Below, piece after piece: positions 28,397 to 39,535 of a stretch of 64,000 bases of DNA. A program made the position numbers and the translations under genes. Source of the DNA: Fistulifera solaris (lineage: Eukaryota); the NCBI GenBank assembly GCA_030295235.1, contig AP026123.1:558001-622000 (forward strand), in the 5' to 3' direction. Each line of letters begins with the position of its first letter. Position 1 is the first letter of the stretch. The notes beneath the pieces are model-generated. The model worked only from the letters and a program-made list of their open reading frames with translations, ran no database searches and was not told the DNA's origin.

Positions 28397-29644
28397 TTAA
28401 AGAAGACCGACGGCGTATAGTGTACTGACGATAGTGGCAATTCCACCACACAGCAGGCAAAGGCCATCGACGAGCCGCACACCAAAAGATGCCTCTGAAG
28501 CCAATTGGAGATGCAATAGCGGCGGAAGACACAATCCCAGCACTCCCACGCAGGCACAGCCCACCAAGGCCAGTGCCTCGACAAAACTAGGAACTAGCAT
28601 AGCCAATCCCACCGCGATGGCGCCCATACTGCACCGGACGAAAGACATCTCTTGCCGTGACCGTTCTTGTCGGTTAGGAAAGAGCTTACCCTCGACAAGT
28701 TCACTGCAGGGCACCAGCAGTAACGGCGCTGTGAGCAGTACGACGCCCGCCATGGCGAGTCGCGTCAGTATAGGTATCAGGCCATTGCCCATTTCCTGCA
28801 AAAGTTCACCTTGCACATTGGGAAAAAGCGAATACAATCCAAGTCCGAGAAATACGTAAAACGCAAACACGACCGAAAGAGCACGGGACGTCGCTTCGAC
28901 CATGCGATGAGGTTCTGTCATAGAATCCCGTAGATTGTAAGTAAGTGGAACAACCCCGTACCCGATGACGACGATACCAAACCAATGACTCCATCCTTGA
29001 CGGGAAACGGGCCACCAATGAAGTGGAGATAGTGACGTTGGCTGTAGTTGTCGTAGTATTTGTTGGATGCCCACTAGAGCCACCAAAAGACAACTGGAAG
29101 CCAGAACGATCAATCCAAGCGCACTGGCGCGTGATAAGTCTCCCATGTCATGCACAAGCGATAACAAAACCATGCCCAGACCTGCTACGAAACTCACCAC
29201 ACCTCGATGATAAAAAGGCGTGTCACTGAGAAAATCATCTATCGCCGCGAGATAGGCCACAAGAACTCCCATGAAAAACACCAAAAGCAGCATTTCCAGT
29301 ACCCAAAGACCTCGTTTCCCAAAGGCATACCACATGACCGTTCCCAGTTGTGTGGTACCGTTTGGAGGAGGCGTTGCCCTCGTTATTTTAGCCGACAATT
29401 CCCAACACCGACACAATCGTTCGACCGCATAAACATTCCACAAAGCAATTAGTGCCACACCCGCCACATATAGAACAATTCCTCCCTGTTGACACGCAAA
29501 CGGCAAGGCTAAACAGCCGGTACCCATGCAACTTTTCATGATATTTAATATGGTTTCGCGGACGGAAGCGTGTCCGTGTGACGCGGTTGACTTGGGCAAC
29601 AACAAACACTCCGTTTCGGAGTAACACGTATCACCGGTTGACAT
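28397..29644 (-). CDS. Amino acid transporter (AAAP/SLC36-like)
   Basis: NIMKSCMGTGCLALPFA motif; about 10-11 hydrophobic segments. Confidence 0.9.
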   Translation of the reverse strand: MSTGDTCYSETECLLLPKSTASHGHASVRETILNIMKSCMGTGCLALPFACQQGGIVLYVAGVALIALWNVYAVERLCRCWELSAKITRATPPPNGTTQLGTVMWYAFGKRGLWVLEMLLLVFFMGVLVAYLAAIDDFLSDTPFYHRGVVSFVAGLGMVLLSLVHDMGDLSRASALGLIVLASSCLLVALVGIQQILRQLQPTSLSPLHWWPVSRQGWSHWFGIVVIGYGVVPLTYNLRDSMTEPHRMVEATSRALSVVFAFYVFLGLGLYSLFPNVQGELLQEMGNGLIPILTRLAMAGVVLLTAPLLLVPCSELVEGKLFPNRQERSRQEMSFVRCSMGAIAVGLAMLVPSFVEALALVGCACVGVLGLCLPPLLHLQLASEASFGVRLVDGLCLLCGGIATIVSTLYAVGLL

Positions 29645-29877
29645 TCTGTCTTGAATACCAGGTAGACAAATCTATAACATTCATCGGCGTTATTTTATGT
29701 TCTTGTTGTTCTTTTCGCTAATATTTCACAAAATTTCCAGTTGTCGAATGACAAGAAAACATTCGACCACACATAAGAAACGCCTGTTGCTAACTTCTAC
29801 GTGCATTTTCACGTAGGCCCCCGTAAGGAAATTTATCGATTGTTGGCTGGCGCCTTTGAGAGGCGGAAAAGTGATCA

Positions 29878-30490
29878 AATCCTTGAAATTTTACTATGAA
29901 ACGGAGTGTTGGTTTACGCCAGCCAAGACTGGATTGTACAGTAGTCATGAGTTATGAACAGAAACAACAAAGGGTTCCGTTTTGGTTTGCGTCTCCTGCC
30001 TCTCGCAACCGTCCATTGTCATTCAGCTGCGAATAATTATAATTACGGGTAGAAAAATTCGCAACAATGATGATTCTGAATTACTTGTTGAAAGTTTTTT
30101 TTCACGTCGAAATAATCCGAGGATCGACACCTTGAATTTCCACTATGAAACGGAGTGTTGGTTTGCGCCAGCCAAGACTGGATTGTACAGTAGTCATGAA
30201 TCATGAACCGAACAAACAAAGGGTTCCGTTTTGCGTCTCTCGCATCCGTCCATAGTCAATCAACTGCGAATATAATTATAATAACGGGTAATTAAAGTCG
30301 CAACAATGATGATTCTGAAATACTTGTTGAGAGTTTCTTTAATTTTCACGTCAAAATAATCCCAGGATCGACACCTTGAATTCCACTATGAAACGGAGTG
30401 TTGGTTTACGCCAGCCAAGACTGGATTAGACAGTAGTCATGAGTTATGAACTGAAACAACAAAGGGTCCGTTTGTGCGTCTCTCGCATAC
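29878..30490. repeat. About 2.5 tandem copies of a roughly 245-bp unit
   Basis: CTATGAAACGGAGTGTTGGTTT.CGCCAGCCAAGACTGGATT occurs three times (GACTG at 29927, 30176, 30419). Confidence 0.95.
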
Positions 30491-30560
30491 CATAAGAACG
30501 CGACGCGACGTTATTTCATTATTATGACATTGATACACCACATCCTCTTTCATTTTTTTA

Positions 30561-32261
30561 ATGATTCAAAACTACTCTAAATGCTATTTTTTGTCGCCAA
30601 AGGCATTGTTGTTGCTCGCGGCGGCTATCACGGGTGAAGCATTTTCTTTGCAGAAACGCACACATCGAAATTCATCAATTCTTCCTGCAGTTTCTAGGAC
30701 GACGACACGTTGCGAAGTCATTCATTACGATGCCTGGTCACTTCTATCAGGAGACAATCTTACACAGGAAGATTCTCTAAACGATCCGGAGCAAGTTCAG
30801 CTGATGTTGGATCAGATGCAAGTACCAACTGAGTCTCCATGGTGGCAATGGATGAAGGCGACGCCATGTCCTCTAATTGTCATTTGGAGTCAATCGCCAC
30901 GCTACATATGCCGAGTCATTGTTTTGCCTTCTGGAACGTCACTGACAAGTCCACTTCGCGAGCCCGAAGGCACCTTCATTATGACGAAACTATTGATGGG
31001 TGTTGTTTCGCAAGAAGATTTATCGGGAAGACGACAACAACAAACACGACAAAATGAACTATTATCGAAGGAATCAACTACTTGGACCACGCCTGGAGGA
31101 AAAGACCGCATGTTTCACGCGATGGACATGGGTACAGGGGTTCTATTCGAGGTGCTACTTTTTCCTTCGTCACCATCAGCACCAGCCACTCTCTCAACAG
31201 GAGACAACATGTGTCTCAATTCTGCGGATTGGCCTATTGAGCAACGACTGCACTTTCAAAGCTCAAGCACAAAAGAGTCGAAGGACGAAATCATAGAGCA
31301 AGATGAAGCACAGGTCGGCGCTTCCTCCATTCACACAGAATTTCAAGCCGCACTTGGAGGCTTGCAGCCACAAATCGACACCATCGTTCGACGTGTTCTT
31401 GAGGGTCGTGTCCTGCTCCGGTCAAATTCCTCCACAACACCAATGGAAGCGCGCGAATTAGTTTCTCTTGGGCTAGTACCCGTACGAGGACTCTTACTCT
31501 ACGGTCCACCGGGCTGTGGAAAGACGGCGTTGGCGCGAGAGCTGTCTCGTATATTGCGCGCACGGGAACCAAAAATCGTAGCCGCACCCGAATTGTTGGA
31601 TCGGTGGGTTGGCGGCAGCGAAAAGAAAGTCCGTGCTCTCTTTCAAGATGCTGAAGCTGAACTTGCCGCCTGTAGTGGGGATGCAACGAATAGTGCATTG
31701 CACGTTATTGTCATTGATGAAATTGATGCAGTCTTTCGAAAGCGCACTTCGTCCGAAGACAGCGGAGAATCCACGCGTTCGAGTGTCGTGAATCAAATTC
31801 TAACCAAATTAGATGGCGTGCAGGCCATTCCGAATGTACTCTTGATTGGTATGACGAATCGGAAAGAGCTTCTGGACGAAGCACTCTTGCGCCCGGGGCG
31901 TTTGGAGGTACAGATCGAAATACCCATGCCCAGTCGGGAAGGCCGTCGTGAAATATTGGCCATTCACTTTGCCGCTTTACGAAAAAATCATCGATTGTGT
32001 CCACGACTATGCGCTGCGCTGGATGGAACATCGTACGAGAATCAAACGTTTTGGCGCAGAACAGAGAAGTCGACGTACGATCTGGCGTCAAATCGAGCCA
32101 CGGGAGGATTTTCGGGAGCGGATCTGGCGGGCCTAGTGCGATGTGCTGCATCCATAGGATTTGCGAAAGCTAGGAAAGATGGGACAGGTGTCAGCGGTCT
32201 TTTCATAACTTTAGATGATGTTCAACAGGCATTGGTTGAGATGAGAAAATCGAAAGCCTAA
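30561..32261 (+). CDS. NSF/Sec18-like single-domain AAA+ ATPase with signal peptide and N-terminal cupin-like region
   Basis: GPPGCGKT, AREPKIV, IVIDEIDA, VVNQILTKLDG, IGMTNR, ALLRPGRLEV; N-terminal LLLLAAAITGEA-FS. Confidence 0.85.
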   Translation: MIQNYSKCYFLSPKALLLLAAAITGEAFSLQKRTHRNSSILPAVSRTTTRCEVIHYDAWSLLSGDNLTQEDSLNDPEQVQLMLDQMQVPTESPWWQWMKATPCPLIVIWSQSPRYICRVIVLPSGTSLTSPLREPEGTFIMTKLLMGVVSQEDLSGRRQQQTRQNELLSKESTTWTTPGGKDRMFHAMDMGTGVLFEVLLFPSSPSAPATLSTGDNMCLNSADWPIEQRLHFQSSSTKESKDEIIEQDEAQVGASSIHTEFQAALGGLQPQIDTIVRRVLEGRVLLRSNSSTTPMEARELVSLGLVPVRGLLLYGPPGCGKTALARELSRILRAREPKIVAAPELLDRWVGGSEKKVRALFQDAEAELAACSGDATNSALHVIVIDEIDAVFRKRTSSEDSGESTRSSVVNQILTKLDGVQAIPNVLLIGMTNRKELLDEALLRPGRLEVQIEIPMPSREGRREILAIHFAALRKNHRLCPRLCAALDGTSYENQTFWRRTEKSTYDLASNRATGGFSGADLAGLVRCAASIGFAKARKDGTGVSGLFITLDDVQQALVEMRKSKA

Positions 32262-34129
32262 ATTTTTGAGACCGTGTGATACGAGCCAGAGAACCGAACA
32301 CTAGCCACGCCCATATGGGGTGGATAGGTAGCAAAAGCATGCGCTTCATTTGCGACGTTTGATATAACTCGCGATAGTAATGACACAAGACGTTGTTGTG
32401 TTTTGTACTCACGATGTCAAAGATGAAGGATTGCGACAGACTGATAGTCAAAACTAGGAAAACAAGCCCGAATCGTGTCACCTCTTTCGAATCGGGAAAA
32501 CAAACAGCCCCAAATAGTGATCCTTATCTCAGAAATGAAGCTCTTGATCCCAACGATGGGGCTCAACTAGAGGAACAAGATTTGACCGCAACTACAAGTA
32601 GTGCTATCGACCGAAAAGTTGAGGATGTCGCGATTTATGTAGTGAGGAAAATGTATCCACCCTAAAAGCGTACCGGTAAATTGCTTGTTGATATTATAGT
32701 GGCCCTTTCGGTTTCCTGTCACTCTGTCACAAACAACACGTCATACAGGATACTGTCCTTCATTCTCTCTTTTCCCTATTCTATCTATCGACGAAAACCA
32801 TTCCTCATGACAGCGACCTTGTCCTGAGTCTTCTTCGCGCTTTTGTCGAAGTAGAAGCCGTGTCAGCGGACCCATTTTGTGGCGTAAGCGTTGTCTTCAG
32901 TTCCCTCGACTGTTCGTCCGTTCTTAACTAAAATAATGAACACCGTAAACTTTTGCGACTGAGCTATTTTTCTACAGCGCGTTCAGCATCTTCGCTAGAG
33001 CAATATTGGGTCCATAACGCAGACAAAGTGCTGAATGTTCCGCTCATAGACCACTACGGAGTTACAATTAGCGCCAATGTAAAAGCTCATCCAAATATAC
33101 TGAAGTCCGACTCCACTGAATCCAGTCCCGAAACTATTGACGTGATGATTTCATCATCATTGTTGTTAACGGAAGGTTCACGTGACCAAAACCAAGGAAC
33201 TTTGTTGTTGTCGAGCGTACCTACTTTTCTCGGTTCCATCGATGTTGACCACGGAAACACGCAGTTCATCCCCGCTACAGTGCCGTTAGTCCCAACATGT
33301 GAAACACCAGAACCACGGAAGTGACACGAAGTGCAACGCAATACGAGCACGAAGGCTTCTGTCCAGTTGGTGCCGAATGGCTAATAGACGAGGATTGAAT
33401 CCCTGGTATTCCAGCAATTTCCAATATTCTGTCACCCTGACAGTGTTCCAACACAACGGCGACTTGTTGTTTGAAATAGTCGCATCGCGTCTTGCTCTCT
33501 GCCAGATGAGCAGTTTGGTCAATGTAGACACGGGTGCCGCGAGAGATGTTTCTTGGTAAAAGCCCTTGGTCCGCTTCCAAATACCCGCCAGGATCTTATC
33601 GCTGCAATCCTGATATTTGTAGGTACCTAACGTAAAGTTGGTGACTTCCTTTCGTTTCATCCAAGAAGGTAAATTGCGCTGTGTTTCAACCATATTGTCT
33701 GTAAAATTCATGGCAAAAGCTCGCTCCTCGTTAGGCTGGTCCAGTGGGGAACAGGGTGGGTGAAACAATTTCGTAATGAAAGGATCGTATTTTCCACTCG
33801 ACGCGCGGCGATAGTTCCCGCCTTTATTCAGCATTCGCTATGCAATGAGTCAAATATTGTCGCATGAAATACGATTCAGTTCTGTAAAAGAAAATGCCAG
33901 GTCCATAAAAACCGCGCGTCGAAGCGCCGCAGCAGCAACAACAAGGTCCACTGCACCACCCGCAAAACCTTGTTGGCTGCAACGCTTACAGTCCACCGCT
34001 CCGCGTGCGCTTTTTCATTCCGATCCAAAGAATGGACGACAAAAATTGTTGCACGAAGATGGGTGAAGGTGAACTTGCGGCAATGTACATGCGGTAAACC
34101 TTACGGACTAAGACCCCACCATCGTCAGT

Positions 34130-34780
34130 TAATCTGGACCAGTTGTATTTCACGTTCCCAGGAAATCTGGGAGACTGGTATTTACACTTACACGAGGTCC
34201 AGAAAATCTGGACCAGTTGTGTTTTAACGTTCTCAGAAAATCTGGGGGTTTGGTCTTTACGTGGTCAGAAAATCAGGAAAGGACGTTAAAATTCTGCCTC
34301 TCAGTACAAGTTTCTACTTAGAGCCTACGGCGAGGCAGAATTTTAACGTCCTTTCCTGATTTTCTGACCAGTTGTATTTTCGAAATCCCAGAAAATTTGG
34401 GGGTGGTGTTTACACGTGGTCCAGAAAATCTGGACCAGTTGTATTTAGACGTTCCCAGAAATTCTGGATGTTTGTCTTGTTTACACGTGGTCCAGAAAAT
34501 CTGGACCAGTTGTATTTTCACTTTCCCAGGAAATCCGGAGGTGTGTTTTTCACTTTCCCAGGAAATCCGGAGGTGTGTTGTTTACACGTTGTCCAGAAAA
34601 TCTGGACCAGTTGTAATTTTACGTTCCCGGGAAATCTGGATGACTGGTATTTACACAATGGTCCAGAAAATCTGGACCAGTTGTAATTTTACGTTCCCAG
34701 GAAATCTGGATGACTGGTATTTACACAATGGTCCAGAAAATCTGGACCAGTTGTAATTTTACGTTCCCAGGAAATCTGGA
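34130..34780. repeat. Palindromic minisatellite, about 66-71 bp unit, about 8 copies
   Basis: TGGTCCAGA-AAA-TCTGGACCA alternates with TCCCAG-GAAAT-CTGG. Confidence 0.95.
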
Positions 34781-34895
34781 TTCAGCCTGCGTACTGGTAT
34801 GGCAAAGTTTTTGTTTCACTTCTGTATTCTGTATTTTTTATTACGAGTAAAGAGGAAAAAGATGAAGCTTGAAACGATTAACACAATCGTATAAG

Positions 34896-36090
34896 ATGGA
34901 ATGTGAGAGACGGAATCGAAAGTATTGCGTAGCGCTGTATATTCGATACGTAGCAGCTTTCTTCATTGTGTTCTTCTTCTCTCGACTGCTGCATCTTTGG
35001 CACTCGGTCGAGTCATCGTTCCCGAAAGACCTTATCATTCAGTCATTATCACATTTACCTCCCATTGTAACAACTCACAATGAGAAAGCAGAGCGAAACA
35101 TTATCTTTGTGCATGTAGGAAAAGCCGCAGGAGAGACCATCAAAAATATACTCAAGGCTGGATGTCTCGCTCGAACAGCACGAAGGCGGCAGGAAAAATG
35201 TTTGGCCAGACTTCCGGACAGCCGTCTTTCGGAGCTCGGTAAGATCATTATGCGTCACGAATATTATATATCGTAAGCGCTTGGACTCATAATTTATCCA
35301 GTGAGCGCATACTTTCATTGCTTTGATGTTCCTCGCCTCAAAAAGCTGAAACCGACATCATTTCTTTTCAATGTACGACACCCTGTAGATCGGTAAGTCA
35401 GCCTCGGTCACTCATCTTAGCGATTTGAGAAAGCGGAAACTTATCTGTTTCGCTCTTCGCATCAGTGCGCTTTCGTGGTACGGTTACATTCATCCGGATC
35501 ATTGTAAACATATGGCAACGCCCGCCTGTAAGGCCAAGTGGCAGCTCAAAAATGAAGATACATGGGTTCATCGTTTCTTCGATTGTTTTCCGACTGCGGA
35601 AGAGTGGTTTCTGCCGAAAACGTCACATTGTCGTGCAATCGCGCAACAAGCGTGGAAGGGATCGTTGGATTATAGAGAGGTGCCTTTGGCCGCTCACATG
35701 ATTGCCAATTATCAGCACTACGTCAATAACACAATACACGTATTACCTGACAGCGAGATACTGGTGGTACGCACCACCGAGTTGTGGCATGATTTGAAGG
35801 CCCTCGACGAGTGGTTAGGCGGTACTGGACGCTTTGGTCATGAAATTGAAGGAACAGCAGTTACGCATGGAAGTCATCGCTACGCGAATCCTGTTCTGAA
35901 TGGAACCTCCATGCTCGCCGCTTGTTGTGCATTGCTTCCAGAGCTTAGTGTATATCGGGACTTACTGGCAAGAGCTGCCAATTTAGACCAAATTACGAAA
36001 GATTTAGAAAGGGAAGAAGCTGTTAAACATTGCGGTTCAAAGTCATGGGAGGAACTTCAGGAAAGTTGTTCGCAGCTGCATGCATCCTGA
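34896..36090 (+). CDS. Type II membrane sulfotransferase-like protein, two introns
   Basis: N-terminal TM anchor; IIFVHVGKAAG (5'-PSB-like) and FNVRHPVDR..SWY (3'-PB-like). Confidence 0.7.
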
Positions 36091-36234
36091 GGCGGCAATT
36101 GACAGCAGATATCACCATCTATGGCATTTCGAATGTTATTACCTTTGTTGAAGCTACTTTCAACTGCTGCCGAGGACAATATCTAACTAGAACAAATTTA
36201 ATGGTAGAGGGATTTAGCAGATACCCTGCAAATA

Positions 36235-38712
36235 TTATTCATGAACGCCTTCGACTGCTTTCGCAATAACGGCAATCTCATCCTCCTCCATGGAGGGAAC
36301 ACTGGTTGCGAGGCTTGTTCTTGCCTCATTTTTCCTTTCTCCGTTCGCTTCTTCCAATACAGCTTTGCGACTGAGTCGAATCTTTCCTTTCTCTACACCC
36401 AGATATTTAACCGTCAACTCCTCAACTCCAAGACTTTTAATGTATCCTTCACAATTTCTGATACGATCACGTGCAAGTTCTGACACGTGAACAAGCCCCT
36501 CAAGACCAGGTGTGGATCCGTCCTCAGACCCGGGTAATATTTCGACAAATACGCCGAACGGATGGATTCCGGTAATTTTGCCAGTGTATGTTTCCCCTTC
36601 GACTGGGTCGGGCCCTGCGTATTTGGCTCTCTCTGTCTTGCCACCGCCACCCGCTCCTCCTTTGATCAAGTTCATCACGAACTCTTGGGCTTCTTTCATC
36701 TTCTGTGCATTAAATGAAGAAACTTGAATATTTCCGTCGTCTCTGACATCCATATTTGTCAGTTCAAAGTCTTCGATGATCGCTCGGATTTGTTTGCCAC
36801 CAGGTCCAATAATCTTTCCCAATGATTCACTCGGTACTGTAAACGACATAATTTTGGGTACTGTAGGAGGAAGTTCGGCTCGTGGCGCTGAAAGAACCTT
36901 GTCCATCTCATCCAGGATATGAAGTCGACCCTGGCGAGCCTGTTCAAGAGCGCGTTGCATCGTCTCAAATGTCAGACCTTCACATTTGATATCCAATTGA
37001 AAGGTTGTAACGCCGTGTCTATCGCCAGCGACTTTAAAATCCATGGTTCCCAAGGCGTCTTCTGTTCCAGTAATGTCGGACAAAATCAAAGCGTTTTCAT
37101 CAGACAAGCCTCCTTTGTCGCCCAAAAGCATTCCCATGGCAATACCAGCCACTGGTTTCTTGATGGGCACACCAGCGTCCATCAAAGACAGACAACCTCC
37201 ACAAACGCTTGCCATACTACTTGATCCGTGGGACTCAGTAATTAAAGATTCAACACGGATTGTGTATGGAAACTCTTCTTCGGATGGCAGAGTGGGAATG
37301 AGTGCCCTCTCTGCCAAATTACCGTGTCCCACTTCTCGTCGTCCCGGGGCTCCCACTCGTCCAGTCTCTCCAACGCTACTAGGTGGGAAACTGTACTGCA
37401 AATAGAAGCGCTTCTCTTCCAGACCATCCAATTTGTCGATTTTTTGACGCATTCCCGAGTCACCTAGCGTAGCAGTTGCGATTGCTTGTGTCTCCCCACG
37501 CGTAAACAATGCCGATCCGTGAACTCTCGGCAAGAAGCCGGCCTCAATGTCGATTCTCCGAACGGCACCGAGCTCGCGCCCATCCGCACGCATACCAGTA
37601 GTCCTGGCTCTTTCAAACATGCGGCGGGATAAGAGGTCTTTGAAAGCCATCTTGATCGCAATCGACTCATCCGGAAACTCTTCTTCGAGTCTTTCCACCA
37701 CATTTTTCTGCAATGCTGACATCAATGCACCTTGTTCCTCCTTGGTGCCCAGCGCGGCGTACATCTCATCTACCTTGGTAGTGAACAGTTCGTCGACGCG
37801 CTCCTGTAATCCGTCCGGTGGAAGCTTGAGAGTGTCCAAGTTCTTGGTGATCCCTACTGTCTCTCCAAATTCTTTGATACCTTTGCAAAGAATTTGAATA
37901 GCATCATGCCCGTGCTGTACAGCTTTTAAGAATATTTCTTCTGGTAAAAAATCAGCTGCACCTTCAATCATGAGAATCGCATCCTGCGTTCCAGCCACGG
38001 TCAAGTGTAGTGCGGACTTTGCCATCTGCTCATTCGTCGGATTTAGCAAGAAACTTCCGTCTTCGTCCATGCCTACTTGTACGGCTGCTACCGGCTTGAG
38101 AAGCGGTACGTCAGATAAATACAAAGCCGTGGCGCTGCTCACAATGGCAAGAGGATCGCAAGATCGAATTCCGTCATACGAAAGGACCCACGAAAGCAGC
38201 TGCGTTTCATGACGCCAGCCAGAAGCCACCAGAGGACGAATCGGCCGATCAATCAAACGACAGGTCAATATTTCGTGTTCCGCGGGGCGGCCGTCACGTT
38301 TGTTGTATGATCCACTGGTGAGTCCAGCGGAACTGAATCGTTCCTGATGTTCCACCGACAGCGGCAAAAAGTCAATTTCGGCCCTGGGCTTTTCATCTCT
38401 GGCAGCTGTAGCATACAAAACAGAATCACCACGGGTCAACGTGACAGCACCCGCTGCCTGACGACCGATTTTTCCTGTTTCTATAACAATGGGTGGCATA
38501 TCAGTGCCTTTGTCATTTAGCTTATGGAAAATGATCTTGTGAACAGCTCCACCTTGCGGGCCGTCGTTTGTTGTTTCGATTGAGTAGTATTCATCGGTAG
38601 CGCCGTTTGTTGCGGATCGAAATGTCGGTATTCTCTGGTACGACTGTCGATGAAGCGGCGAGAAAGCCACCGTGGAGACGAGCACGTAGCTTGTAATCAG
38701 GAGCAGCCGCAT
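36235..38712 (-). CDS. PNP: Polynucleotide phosphorylase, plastid-targeted
   Basis: RLIDRPIRP, HGSALFTRGETQ, RREVGHG, DFKVAG, KH and S1 domains; MRLLLITSYVLVSTVA-FSP presequence. Confidence 0.97.
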   Translation of the reverse strand: MRLLLITSYVLVSTVAFSPLHRQSYQRIPTFRSATNGATDEYYSIETTNDGPQGGAVHKIIFHKLNDKGTDMPPIVIETGKIGRQAAGAVTLTRGDSVLYATAARDEKPRAEIDFLPLSVEHQERFSSAGLTSGSYNKRDGRPAEHEILTCRLIDRPIRPLVASGWRHETQLLSWVLSYDGIRSCDPLAIVSSATALYLSDVPLLKPVAAVQVGMDEDGSFLLNPTNEQMAKSALHLTVAGTQDAILMIEGAADFLPEEIFLKAVQHGHDAIQILCKGIKEFGETVGITKNLDTLKLPPDGLQERVDELFTTKVDEMYAALGTKEEQGALMSALQKNVVERLEEEFPDESIAIKMAFKDLLSRRMFERARTTGMRADGRELGAVRRIDIEAGFLPRVHGSALFTRGETQAIATATLGDSGMRQKIDKLDGLEEKRFYLQYSFPPSSVGETGRVGAPGRREVGHGNLAERALIPTLPSEEEFPYTIRVESLITESHGSSSMASVCGGCLSLMDAGVPIKKPVAGIAMGMLLGDKGGLSDENALILSDITGTEDALGTMDFKVAGDRHGVTTFQLDIKCEGLTFETMQRALEQARQGRLHILDEMDKVLSAPRAELPPTVPKIMSFTVPSESLGKIIGPGGKQIRAIIEDFELTNMDVRDDGNIQVSSFNAQKMKEAQEFVMNLIKGGAGGGGKTERAKYAGPDPVEGETYTGKITGIHPFGVFVEILPGSEDGSTPGLEGLVHVSELARDRIRNCEGYIKSLGVEELTVKYLGVEKGKIRLSRKAVLEEANGERKNEARTSLATSVPSMEEDEIAVIAKAVEGVHE

Positions 38713-39034
38713 TCTTGTGAGTAGTGCGTGAAGTGGAAAAACGATCGGAATGAAAACAGCAAACTGAAAGGCCAACTGAGACAAGCTGTAGCACCGCAAG
38801 TGAAACGGGGGCAACCCAGATCTTTCAATACAGCAAATAAGAAGAATAACAAGCACAAAATGACGAACACTCGGCACCTTTTTTTGATCTGACTTCAGTT
38901 GTTGACGTTTTCTCGACAAAGGGGACGTGTGGAAGAGGAAATCAAAAGTCTGGTGTCCACCACGTATGTCCGAGTTTCCGGGACTGTAGTTGAGTCATGA
39001 AATCATTCCGGAAGTTTATTGAATGAATCATCAT

Positions 39035-39365
39035 CGGTGTTTGCAATCATGCAGGAATTCTGTGCATTTCCAGAAATTCCGGAAATCGGTGATTGCAATC
39101 ATACAGGAATTCAGTGCCGTTCCAGAAATTCTGGAATCGGTGTTTACAATCAAACAGGACTTCTGCCTTCCGGACAATCACGAATCGGTGATTGCGATCG
39201 TAGAAAAATTTTGTGTTTTTCCAGAAATTCTGGAATCGGTGTTTACAATCATACAGGAAAACTGTGTCGTTCCAGAAATTCAGGAAAAGGTGTTTGCAAT
39301 CATACAGGAATTTTGTGCCGTTCCAGAAAATCTGGAATCGCTGTTGCGATTATACAGAAATGCTG
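39035..39365. repeat. Palindromic minisatellite, about 51 bp unit, about 6 copies
   Basis: TTCCAGAAATTCTGGAATCGGTGTTTACAATCATACAGGAA-like units near 39068, 39121, 39168, 39219, 39270 and 39321. Confidence 0.92.
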
Positions 39366-39535
39366 TGTCCTTGTGCAGAGGTCGTCTTTGATCTCACGCC
39401 TGTATCTAGACTACCCGTTCATACATCATACGAAATGAAAGTTTACTTATCACTCTATGTCACCGATAAAGGTGAAACTCGCACTTCCGCTTCACGCAAA
39501 AGATCATCCATCCCAGAAATGAGAGAAATAAGTAT

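Noticed and set aside
32393..34066. Overlapping ORF fragments on both strands, possibly one or two hypothetical genes
   Set aside because: No recognisable motif, and a consistent exon structure or strand could not be established.
34130..34780. CRISPR-like appearance of the palindromic repeats
   Set aside because: The intervening sequences are similar to each other rather than unique spacers, there are no cas genes, and the context is eukaryotic.
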